A DNA stretch of 64,000 bases from Paraphysomonas bandaiensis (GCA_965644295.1 CBFFRP010000066.1:489344-553343); one strand, 5' to 3'. Shown: positions 12,001-23,601, counted from the stretch's first letter. Translations and numbers: made by a program. The notes: a model not told the origin generated them from the sequence alone.

Positions 12001-13875
12001 TATTGTCCTGAAGGGATGGAACCAGTCCAAATATCCTTGGGGTTCCGTGTGTGCACGCAATGTGCTGTTGGTTATTACAGTCCCAACGTTGGCCCAGGTG
12101 CTTGTAAGAAATGCCCTGTCGGGGCAGACTGCAACGATGTTGGAGTAGTCGTTCCCTGTGTACTTCCAGGATACTGGCGCCCCGTTCCCCCACAGGATGC
12201 TATAGGCGACTTTGAGAAATATAAGATATACAGCTGTGATGATTTTGAGAGCTGCTTGGGGGGATGTGTCTTGAATACAACCTGCAGAGATAATCGTGAC
12301 CAAATCGCACCTGTATGCGCTGTGTGTACGGACGGATACTACCTGCTCGGTGGACAATGTCTAGAGTGTTCACAGTCCTCGGAGAAGATTGGTTTTATGA
12401 AATTTCTCGTTGAAGCGTTCTTTGTATACTTTGTTCTGGTTGTTGTTGTTTGGATGCATATTAGTTATAAAGGCCATGAGAGATATTCTGTGTCTAGTAT
12501 TGTTCCTCGCAATACATCTGAAGCTTTTGAGAAGTTGCTCCCTCGTACTGCTGTCACATTCAAACTAGTTATTTCATTTTGGCAGGTTATGACAGCGGCT
12601 TATTATAATCTTTCTGTTGAGTGGCCACAGTCAATTACCCATTTCTTCGGTGTATTGCGATTCAATCCGTTTGATCACCTTTATTCATCTGCTGCATGTG
12701 CTGACGTCTCATTTTTGTCCGCTTATTCAGTGCTGATTCTTTTCTTTGTACTGCCGTTTGCGTTTCTACTCACTTTAGTGATGTCGTTCGCCACAGTGTT
12801 CTACTTCGGCGTACATAAGTATGAAGGTAAAAGCGATCAGTGGGTAAGACAGTCTCTCAAAAGTATGTGGGACTGCTGTGCAAGAATTTTTATATGGTTC
12901 TGTCTTTTGATATTTACTCAGGGATCATCAGTGTAAGTGTCATATAGATTCCTATATTGGTATCTTCATATATATGCATTCAGGATGATTTCGTTTTTCA
13001 ATTGTCGTGACTTTGGAGTGGTGGGGGTATATCTTAAAGGAGATTACACAGTAGATTGCTCCAGTGACACTTACAAATCATATGCTGTGTTAGCTGCGTT
13101 GGGAATTTTACTTTATCCTGTAGGAATTGCGTTTTTATTTTTTGCGGTTATTCGCTACCGCGACCATCCTCTTTTTGAGAGATGTTCTATGCTTCTGTAT
13201 AGGAACTTCGAACCTCAGTGGAGATACTTCGAACTCTATGAACTTTTCAGGAAAATGCTTTTGACATCTTTGTTTCTATATGTTTCTGACCCGGAGTCTC
13301 CGTCACGAGCCCTTTATCTACTCATTGTTGATATTATAGGGCTGATTGTTCTATCATTTTGTCGGCCCTATATGTTTCGAAGTGATGATATCTTGAGCAG
13401 CGCGTTTGTAATGGTGGAATGTTTTACATTCCTTGTTGCACTATTGGTGTTGTCAGGTGTGTCGGATACCGACAATTATCATCAGCATGTTCTATATAAT
13501 ACGCTTTTTGCATGCTTGATCCTTGTCATAGCTATTATTGTTCCATGTACTTTCGTGGTTAAAATTGATTACGTGAATAGTAAGTTATATGAGTACAGCG
13601 GTGTCGCTGCAAATAAGCTTCCTGATACTGGCCGTACCGCCAAAAATATAAAATCTCTTACGCGTGATAGACTTCAAAATATTCTACAGTTTGTTCGTCG
13701 CCGCAGTTCAGGCCTCTCCAGTATGGAGAGTAGTGTTGTTGGGAGATGCAGTGCCACTACTGAGATGACTGAGATTACTCATGTTCATCCGTCTGACGAA
13801 TTAAAGCAACGAAAGAGAGCTGCAACTATAATGGGTAGTGAGAAGAATCCAATCAAACATGATATTGATGTATAG
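9026..13875 (+). CDS. Large membrane receptor/channel-like protein: signal peptide, Venus-flytrap domain, EGF-like module, second Venus-flytrap domain, Cys-rich repeats, multi-TM C-terminus (multi-exon)
   Basis: Signal peptide MTLPLLLFLSLPLLSLC. PBP type-1 motifs (WINLQRGGI; FMFAPYSSSLT). EGF-like CSGHGICTDQGNCTCDANYYG. ANF-receptor-like PQISFASTADDLSD..YSYFSRTCPSD..QG. CxxC repeats. TM region with FWQV, YLKGDYTVDC and YFELYELFRKMLL. ORF pieces are joined by ~50-bp introns (e.g. 12933-12983). Confidence 0.8.
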
Positions 13876-14068
13876 TTGTGTGATATCCTGGTGTCAATTT
13901 GTGTGGTGTCAAGAGAACAGCATAAAATGCTAATTTTGATGTTGTTTCGTCGTCAGTGGTTAATCGTATTGTTATTTTGATTTTTCCACACTGAAGTGAG
14001 ATTGTGTTCATTGCCTGACTACACGGCTACCTGCAAATTTATCAATGTCTTCCAAGCCCAACTTATCT

Positions 14069-14170
14069 AGTGAATGTCTTGTTAGCAACAGTCGTGAAAG
14101 AGTCAAAACTAATGTAGCATTGAAATTTAACTAACTTGTGCTTAACTCTTATATCCTACTATTTAGCGCT
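14069..14170 (-). mobile_element. 3' fragment of the dispersed SINE-like retroposon family
   Basis: Matches the tail of the copies at 43178-43260 and 43560-43675. Confidence 0.7.
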
Positions 14171-14173
14171 TTT

Positions 14174-14847
14174 TGTTGAGTTTTGCTGTTTAAGCAATTA
14201 AAAGCTGTAATTCTATGATATTGGAATTATGACGGTTACTGGAGAATACAGTAGTGGTTAGCTGTATTATGAGAAGTAATGAGAACTGAATATATATTGA
14301 CCATACAATAAGATAGTGACGATATAAGATCGTACTAGAAATGAGTGGTAGTAGAGATAACGTGATATATTGTTTATTATATTTATTATAATCTTCTCTT
14401 ATATTAACTTGATTCATGAGTGAATACACGTCCAGTTAACTTACTAATCATCCAATTGTGTCATATCTTGACATGGTAGCGGATGGTAGTTACGATCTAC
14501 CGACCTAGGTTATGGGCCCAACACGCTTCCTCTGCGTCATAACCTAGGTCGGTAGATCGTAACTACCATCCGCTACCATGTCAAGATATGACACAATTGG
14601 ATGATTAGTAAGTTAACTGGACGTGTATTTACTCGTTAATCAAGTTAAGATGAGGGAAGATTATAATAAATATAATAAGCGATATATCACGTTATCTCTA
14701 CTACCACTCATTTCTAGTACGATCTTACATCGTCATGATATCACTTCTCATAATACAGCTCATCACTACTGTATTCTTCGACTAACGGTCATAATTCCAA
14801 CACCTTAGAATTACAGCTTTTAATTGCTCAAACAGCAAAACTCAACA
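14174..14847. mobile_element. Inverted pair of Copia-type LTRs (14174-14473 and 14579-14847) joined by a fold-back tRNA-iMet copy; 5-bp TSD CTTTT
   Basis: Each arm is TGTTGAG...TTGACA. CTTTT at 14169-14173 and 14848-14852. Perfect 92-bp inverted stem 14423-14514/14538-14629. The same LTR occurs at 57067-57368 next to a polypurine tract. Confidence 0.85.
14474..14540 (-). pseudogene. Reverse-transcribed copy of mature initiator tRNA-Met (about nt 8-76 including CCA); extended primer-binding site
   Basis: Minus strand: TGACGCAGAGGAAGCGTGTTGGGCCCATAACCTAGGTCGGTAGATCGTAACTACCATCCGCTACCA. Shows the iMet D-loop GGAAGCGTG, GGG-CC-CAT-AA anticodon arm, ATCG T-loop and encoded CCA. The 5' acceptor strand is missing. 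Confidence 0.85.
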
Positions 14848-14965
14848 CTTTTGGGACAGCAATTAATAATTTAGTACATCCTGCGTCATTTAATCAACGC
14901 GCAATTGTTACGTAGCCCTGATTCTTGTGCAAAAACCAAAAACCAAAATGATTAAACTTATTATT

Positions 14966-15151
14966 CGGAAGTGGTTGCACCTTGGTGCTTGCGGCGACGC
15001 ACAAGCAGCTTCTGTAGCGTTAAATAGTAGGATAATAGAATTTGTGCTGATTAGTTATGGGTAGAGGTCTAACTAGTAGACTAGTATTCAACTAGCCGCT
15101 ATATCGGAACGAGTTTTTAACGCCTATTGCTAAATAAAAAGACATTCAATA
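14966..15151 (+). mobile_element. 5'-truncated non-LTR retroposon copy with 13-bp TSD
   Basis: TAAACTTATTATT at 14953-14965 and 15152-15164. Near-identical to 36272-36459. Ends in AATAAAAAGACATTCAATA. Confidence 0.85.
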
Positions 15152-15525
15152 TAAACTTATTATTAAACTGTATGTGTACCACACAGTGTTACTAGAGCAC
15201 TGTGGCATATAGAAAAATAGTTAAGTCGTACACATGATCATGGAATACAATTAAAATTTTGCTTCTGAATATATAGTTCAGACCGAACGTTTAGATTTAT
15301 GATGCTGCTTTCTATATTTTATATTTTAAATCCTTTAAATACTGCCTAGACACCTTATAGGACAAATGAGGTATACATTGACTCTCTCCATAGTTGCACC
15401 AGTTATTTATTAGGGCCTCAACATCAACCTAGTGAATACTACAGCAGTGCAAACTACAGCTGCATACTAAATATATATCCACAGCATAGCCAACTTATTA
15501 TTACCAACACGTATATATACACCAC

Positions 15526-18500
15526 TTAACTAAAAATCTCTGCCACGCTGACCTTTTTAATATTCTTGCGGACATTGTTCGAATCACGGCTACTCTGCTT
15601 TCGAAGATCTGGTTGATGTGGCAACGGTTTGTGGTGATGGCGTGCACTGAAGTGCTTTGACAGAAATCCTTTCTTCGTAACGTCTATTATAGGGTGTTTG
15701 ACCTGCAAAAAGATGAGGTTGATAAATTTCTGGTAATTTGGCGTTAACAAACCGCGGAACTGGTAAATACGTCGTTGTGATGCGTTGTTGCTGTTACATG
15801 GGGCTTTGCTATTTTTTCTTGAAGTTTCTTCGAAAAAGTATAAGCCGCACAGTAGATGACGATATTTCGACTTACCTCCATATGTATCTGTAACTTAATC
15901 GTTCGCATATAATCCTCGGCTTTTGTTTCTTCAGGATCGACACTGCGTCTTTGCATCGCCCACCTAGAGTTTAGGCACTTTTCTCGCTTTCTCCGTGGGC
16001 TGTAACAACGGGTTATACATCTCTTCTGGGACATAACCATATGAACTATGACCTGTGAGGAGGTGGTGGAACAGCATTCTTGGCTGACTTCACTGCAGAC
16101 TCTTGCTTTAGCTGCAAAAAATCTGTGTCCTTCGGTTTCCACGTGTTCTTCAGATTGATATCCCACACTGTATACATCACATTATACGGGGAAATACTGG
16201 TCATCTGGAAGTACCCGACACTCCAAATGTTCCCACAATATCTCCACTGGTCGTCCATATGTGTGTATCCTGGTCGTCACTACAGGTTACAATGTAACCT
16301 TCGTGCTGCCCAAACTCCTCCTCGTCAAGGGTAATATACTCCACTACATAAATCATCAACACGTATTATAGCATAGCGCGCATCACATACTTCTCAGAAC
16401 AGCTGATCCATGGGCATTCCACTCAGACAACAATTGCAGAGGAGGGACAGCGAGGCCGGTCAGCAAAAAGTCTCGCTCTTGAAATCGTAAACTTGTCAAG
16501 CTCTGAAACGAAACAATCCAAACCTTCACATCTCCATTAGTGTAGCCACCTGATCAATATTAAAAAGAAAACAAATTCAACGTTGGATACACACCAACGA
16601 GTATATCTTGATTTTCGTTTGTGGAGAAGCACATCAACATCGAAGATGGCACGGCATCTACAAACTCGCTATTGTTAGTAGAAGCGTGTGTAGAATGAGG
16701 AGTATCGTCAAAAGGACATGAGCACAAAACTTTGCCAGTCTCCAAGTCCCAGAATCGAATTATGAAATCCGAACATGCGCCTGAACATGGAACCTTGATT
16801 TATCGAAATTGTAATATATTCGTAAGCTTATACCTATAGCAATCTTTTGAATTCTGAGCGCTGTAACACATGTTATGGCTACACCTTGCTCAAGAGAACT
16901 ATTGGAAAAGTTAATGCTGTAGTAGATGACAACACTAGATTCACCTCATGTCAAGCTTGTTCGTTTCAGGTATTTCGCGGACATCTTGAGGACCCGATTT
17001 ACACTTAGACTCTACAGTTTCTGGTGCTTCAGCCGTGTCTTCAGCTTGTGCACGGTCAAAGTGCTTGCTATCACACGGCCTTTCCTCATAATTGCTCACT
17101 GTAGAAGACACTTCAGTTACTCGTCGTCCAGCTGACACAGTATTCTTTCGGGTGGGTGGCTCTTTCGAAGGTAGCAATGGGTCAAGAGAAGGGCGTTGGA
17201 AAGATGCTTTGGCGACACCTATCACAGCGGGTGGAGCAGGGTTATCAATTACAACGTACGATGGGAGGGGCGTGTCTTCCTCGTCGATCTGTTGTCTCCG
17301 CGATACATGCTCGGAGTATACTACCGAGAGGCGCTTGGGGGGGTTATGTACAGTTGGTCGGGTGGGACAAATGATACTCTCTTGACTTCTACTTGCCTCT
17401 TTTCTCCCTTCCACCGAAGTATTATCTGGCGGAGGATATACACAGTCCTGGTTCTCTCTTGAATTAGGAGGGTCTGTGATTGCAGCCGTTGGTGGATTCG
17501 GAATCGGACTATCCATTGTTTTATCGCATAAAGAAACATTCTTGGGAATAGAAACACGCGGCTTGGAGGATCGAAAACTACGACCTCTGGGGGCATTTAC
17601 TCTTGACTTTGATCCCCTTTGAACACTGCTTCTTGATGCTAGACCTCTCCGACGAAGTGCAACGAATGGTACACCAATACCGTCACTGGGACTGAGCTCT
17701 ACTCCTTGGGTAGCTCTCTCCAAATCCCAGTGCAGCACTGTGCCATTTTGATAGCCAACAAGTACGTAATTCTCAATCGAAGGAACTATCCACTTCACAC
17801 TCAGCTCTCGCTCAGCACTCCCACTTTCCCCAGTAGTAACAAAAAACTTCAGCTTCTTCCCGTCAAAAGCTGTCTTTACAAGATTAAAGGATGGTTCTTC
17901 GTCAATGTCTTCTGACGACTCCAACATACTTGACACTACCCCAATATCAGTGCCGAAAGTAATGAGTTTTTTCAAAGACCGGGAAGGGCCACTGTACACG
18001 TGTTCATACATGACACAGGTTATGTCATAGGGTCTAGCGTTCGCGGGGAGTGGCGTATTGCTTGCCACAGAGTAGTACGTGCTTGGGATACGCGGTCTGA
18101 TTGTTTTCACACATTGTCCGTTGTGAAAGTTCCACATATGAATATGTTCTCCGTCACTGGAAACAATCATCAGTCTCCGCTGAGAATGATCCAAGGTAGC
18201 ACACCGGATACCATAGTTTGAAGCAGCTTTATTTTTGTGATTGCTATGGCTGCAAGTGTCATTTTGAGAAGCAGAAAACTTGGAAACCAGATGGCCATCG
18301 AACATACTGTATACACTAACTACACCACCAATGGTGACAGTAATCACCTGGTGGAAATTTCGATTGAATAAAACAGTCAACAAGTCGTCATCTTCAGAAA
18401 CGGTCAGACTTTCATTTGTTCGCTCCAGTTGCCAAGCCGACAAGCGGCTGCCAGCTGTGTAAAGCGTGCTAAGTGAAGGTACCCATAGCGCGGCAGTCAT

Positions 18501-19910
18501 AATATTAATCGGTAGTTGTGTAGACGTATCGTACACCACAGGTTGAGCCTCAAACGTTGCTGCATCCCACATTCGAATTGATTTGTCTTCAAGAACTACC
18601 ATAATATAGTTAGCTGCATCATTCATGCCCAGATAAACTATGAGAGAAGGAAGACCATCTAGCTTCGTTGCTATTTGCAATGTATACGGGTCCCATATCA
18701 TGAGTACTCTGTCTGTCCCGGCAGAGACTAGAAATTTCGCCGTATTGGACCATGCCACGAATCTTACCCCCGCCCCCTGCTCGAATACTCGGTCTACTGC
18801 AACGTTCTGAACATTAACCAGGGACACCGTGCCGTCCAGTGAACCAATCACGAGTCTGTTAAGCTCTGTTACAAATACCATGGAGGTAATCCACTCCTTA
18901 TGAACTTTCGCATTAGTCATATTATCCACAGCAACTTTCATTAGCTGTTGATTCTTCTTCTTAGAACCAGCATCTACCGATACCCCGAACTCCTTGTCGA
19001 AGGCCACAAGGTGCAGGTAACCCTTGGAATCACCAATCGCGAGGTATTGATTGATCGTGTCCCTGATCTTATCTACGATGACAAACGCTTCAAGTGTAGT
19101 TGGTATTTCAGTGAAACTAGATATTCGGCCACATATTTCTTGAGTAGATAACTCATAGAGAGCAACACAGCAATCTCCAGAGCTAACACATATATGACCA
19201 GATTGAGGCATTACAGCCAGAGAGGTAACGAGAATGGCCTTCTTTGAACTTGGAACAGGGTTATTCACTGCACTCTTCGCCACCATAGCTCGCTGATGAA
19301 TATTCATTGAAGACATTAGCCCATTTAGAAAAACTCGACTCTTGTCAATGTGGGATACTGTGCCAATATGTTTCAAGTCTGGTTGATTCCAAATAAATAT
19401 TTGACCATCTCTTGCTGCAGTTGCAAGTATAGGAATCGGCTTTGCACTGAAACAGATCATATCAATCATATCTCGATGATTCGTCGAGTTAAATTCTTGT
19501 TCCATTTTGAGTGTAAATATATTGGTCTGAGTTTTCGACACTGTTCCGACACCAGCTTCTGATGTGGTCAAAAAACCAGTGAATTCTTGCCAGTCCACAA
19601 AGCCGTCATCGTTGACATCGATCTTCTTGTATAATCTCTCAATCTCAGATCGAGGGAGAAACTCAGAGAGTGTATCAATGAACTCCGCGGCTGTCAATGA
19701 CTCAGTGTTCGCTTGTTCAGTGTTCTTAACGAATGCCTGTCTGATCTTCCCCAGCACATCCATATTGAGAAGCTCAGCGAAGTTAACATCCGCCTGTTTC
19801 TTCACTTTATGAAACTTGTCGATCTTCTTCCGATGATATGAGAACAGTTTCACTTCTTCAGCGAGTACTCCGATTGAGGGTGTCTTTGTTTGTTGAGGAG
19901 GGGCCAGCAT
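15526..19910 (-). CDS. EF-hand + WD40 repeat protein (WDR49/EFCAB8-like), multi-exon
   Basis: EF-hand loop DVNDDGFVDWQEF and multiple WD repeats in the 989-aa ORF. Further short exons with a WD motif (IRFWD at ~16750) run down to a stop at 15526. Confidence 0.8.
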
Positions 19911-20705
19911 TGCTTATATATGTGTGTATGTATGTGTGTGTGTGTGTAGAGGCTAGAGGGGCGTATACAGACCCCACATATCCATACAACGCTACCAGTG
20001 GTCAAGAGAGAGGACTCTAGAGAGAGGTGAGGGGCAGCACAGTGTGATCAGTCTGTCTGTTAGTCTCCTGAGGTAACTATCAGCATACTGGTGCTGTACT
20101 GTATGCGTATCATTGCCTCGTATGTGTATATGTGAGCTGAGCTGTGTATATATGTATGTATGTACAGTATACGTATACGTATATGGATAGGTCTAACGTG
20201 TATGTGCCGTATATCATACATACACAGCAGTATATTCCTACACATAACAGTATCCTCCTGCCGTATACAGCTGTATGAGGCAGTATACAGTATAACTGCT
20301 ACACCTCTAGTCTGTCCAATACAGTTAGTATACCATGGTATACGGAACGGTATACGGCCTCGCTTTTTCTGGCAAAGATCCCCACCAACGGCGGAACTTT
20401 CTAGTATACAGGACGCGAATATCACTATATTTCGCCTATTTTTATACATACAGTATATCAAAATCACAAAATCTACAGAATAAAACTAAAAACCCAAGTT
20501 TTCTGCAGGTATAATCCTATAGAGCACACACTCGCACGTCTGGCAGAGCACTTCACTGACTCGTATGGTATAGCATGGTATGGTATAGCATGGTATGCCT
20601 CCCACTGCATGCTGTGGGACCCTCGTGACCTCATCCTGTACTCCTGTGTAGGTACTGTGCAGCAGTATATAAGATCCATACGCTCCTATCTGACAACACA
20701 CACAC

Positions 20706-21607
20706 ATGACCAGCACCACCACCACCAGCAGCACCACCAGCAGCAGCAGCAGCAGTGTTCCTGGTATACGAATCGTCTGCATCTCTGACACCCATGGCGC
20801 TCATGGCGGCATGTCTCCTCTGCCCTCAGGAGATGTGCTGATTCACGGAGGAGACTTCAGCAGGACGGGTGTGCTCAATGGCGTGCAGTCCTTCCTCTCG
20901 TGGCTGGACTCACAGCCTCACGCTCACAAGGTGTTCATAGCGGGCAATCACGACACCTCTCTGCACAGAGAGTACTATAAAGCCACTGGAGCACAGCGGT
21001 TTCACAGAATCTCAGACGATAAGAAGGCTGATGAGGTCTGCGATCAGTGCAGAGAAATGGTCGATACGGCCGCCAGCACCTACCTTGAAGACAGTGGTGT
21101 CACTCTGACTTTCTCGTCATCAATGGGTGCAGATGGAGGGCCAACTCATTTAAGTGATCCATCTCATACTATAAACATATATGGATCGCCGTGGCAGCCA
21201 TCTTTTTGCAACTGGGCATTCAACCTCGAACGTGGAGATCCTTTACGGGCCGTGTGGAGTGCTATTCCACAGGACTGTGACGTATTAGTCACTCATAGTC
21301 CTCCACATGGATTAGGCGACCGCAATAGTGAGGGGATGAATTGTGGTTGCGAAGACTTACTTTATGAGGTTACCAGCAGAGAATCGCCCCCAAGATTGCA
21401 TATTTTTGGTCATATACATGACGACTATGGTAGGGTGTTTTCTAATTGCTTTAACTATGCCTTTCATGTAAGTTTCTAGGGTGGTGGTCGAATGGAAAAA
21501 CTCTCTTCGTGAATGCATCCACGTTTGACTCTTCTGGTGATCCATCCAATGCCGCTGTGGTAGTCTTTCTTCCTTTTGACAAGAATCTTCCCGCAAGTGT
21601 GGTGTAA
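20706..21607 (+). CDS. Calcineurin-like metallophosphoesterase (MPPED1/2-like)
   Basis: Motifs ISDTH, HGGD, AGNHD, YGSPWQP, THSPP, FGHIH. Intron 21430-21479 joins to exon GWWSNGKTLFVNAST...; stop 21605-21607. Confidence 0.9.
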
Positions 21608-22101
21608 GTCTCACGACCTTGAAGTTAACTTTGGTTTTCTTCGTATTTGAGGATCATCTAGTGATTGAACGGTACCTAGTAATCGTTAAAGGCTACGTAA
21701 TTGATGCCAAATTCCCGCAATGGTCATTTATGGTAGCGTCAATGACTAACTCGATATTTTCGCTTTTAACAGGTGGTGTGGTCTTAGTATTAAATAGGTT
21801 AATATCGTAACTGCTCTAACTACATATCATTATTGCTCTCGCTCTCTACTTGCACATCAGGATCTTCATGCAAGCCTTCCTGGAGCGTGGTAACATCCCA
21901 CAATATGTATTGTGAGCTATTTTTACTTTACCCAAATATATATATGTCGTATATAAAACAACGAAAGTGTGAACTACAAGCACCACGAAGCAGATACGTC
22001 AATTGTCGAGTATGTTTGAGATCACAACACTATTTTCTATTCTTATAGCTTTAAGTTTGCCGCTGATAATTTACAAAGATATATCGCAAAGTAGCTGAAG
22101 A

Positions 22102-22199
22102 GCAGTAGCGAATGTCTTCATATTAGCAGTAGAGGCAGTGCTTAACTCTGATATCCTACTATTTAACACTACAAAAGCTACTTGTGCGTCACCGTAAGC
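22102..22199 (-). mobile_element. 3' fragment of the SINE-like retroposon
   Basis: Shares GTGCTTAACTCTGATATCCTACTATTTAAC...CTTGTGCGTCACCG with the other copies. Confidence 0.7.
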
Positions 22200-23601
22200 C
22201 AGGGCTGCGTATCAATTTATTACCAATTATTGAAATTGGGACATCAAGTCATAATTGCAATTATAATTGACTCCAGCTCGCTTCAATTAATTGATATGAA
22301 AATACCACGTTTTCATGCTAAAATGTTTTAATGAAAAAATCCAATTTTTAGGATAAAAACCGAAGATTGGTGAAAGACTATAGTATCCATACGATTATCT
22401 CACATAGTAGTTAATTTAATTAATCAGCGATATGAGCGATAAACTGGCACCAGAAGCTTTTTGAGAAAGTAAATAGTAATAACGAAGAGGCTACTAGATA
22501 TTTGTCCTGTAGGAAAAGTGGCTTCACATTTTCCATGATTGACCGCTACTTGCTCCTATCTAATCATTTGCGATCATGCGAGACTGTTTCTGACGTGCTA
22601 AGTCTAATACCAAGTGAAAAGGAGTATGTCAAGCTCGTAAATTAGAATTGTTTCAACTTAGCTAGTTTCCTTACAGTTACAGAAGTAAGGTAAACAAGAG
22701 CTTGACCTCCACGACGTTTGTACATTGTTTGACGAACTCATCATAAGGCATTCGATTGAGCGACAGTGCTGCTATTATTCATAACGCTGCATTCAAAAAG
22801 GCAGTTGTGAAGATTAATGTGGCAACGAAGCTGTAACTCGGACGGAAAAGGATCAAATTAAAACATTCTTGCTCGATGAGGATTAAGAACATTATGACGG
22901 TGCGAGTCTAGTTCCGAATATATTGGTATTATTAGCAATAGGCGTTAAAAACCTGCACCAACTTAGTAGCTAGATGAATGCTAGACAAACTAGTTAGAAC
23001 TCTACCTGTAACTAATCAGTACACACATTTTTCATCCTACTATTTAACGCTACGGAAGCTGCTTGTGCTTCGCCGCAAGCACCAAGGTGCGACCACTTCC
23101 GCTCTGAGTTCTTAAGGTGAACATCCCGGATGCTTGACTTGAGCAGGCAGCCCAATACCCCGGTTACCCTTCAGGTGGGCCCTGTCCCGGATGTCTGTTT
23201 ATTCGTTAGGGCCTAAAGACGTCTACACAAGCGATCCTTATTGGTGTCCCTTGTACCACACAAGCATTCGGCTATGCGTGGGGGCAGGAGAATATCTGCT
23301 GACTATGTTTGCGGCTCACGTTAGTTTCCCAGAGAGAATCTCTCCGGTACTTATTCCCAAGAACACCACGAAAAGGTGCGAGTCCGACTTTGTTGAGGGT
23401 AGTTCCGAATGACGACGCAACGTTTGATGGTAGCAGGCAGCGGAAGCGAGCAAGACTTAACCAGCGAACTCGCTACCGCAGCATGAATCTATAGAGTAGG
23501 ACATGGTAATTGTTGATGGGAATGTCGTCTTCAGCACAGTGTGGGGACATATTTAATTAAAGGCAAATTATAGTTGGGCTGTTAATGGTTACCAGGCCCT
23601 G
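22200..23601 (+). pseudogene. Degenerate hAT-like DNA transposon (transposase remnant), interrupted by a retroposon
   Basis: Ends CAGGGCTGCGTA... and ...TACCAGGCCCTG. Frameshifted peptide pieces (SMIDRYLLL; LDLHDVCTLFDELI; AIIHNAAFKKAVVKI) resemble oomycete-type hAT-like transposases. No clean TSD. Confidence 0.6.
22920..23399 (-). mobile_element. Full-length-type SINE-like retroposon copy with 11-bp TSD
   Basis: TAGTTCCGAAT at 22909-22919 and 23400-23410. The 5' end CCCTCAAC is shared with the copies ending at 36706 and 58231. Confidence 0.85.

Noticed and set aside
14474-14578. Functional tRNA-Met gene
   Set aside because: Lacks the 5' acceptor strand, has encoded CCA and an altered T-loop, and abuts LTR ends; it is a cDNA copy.
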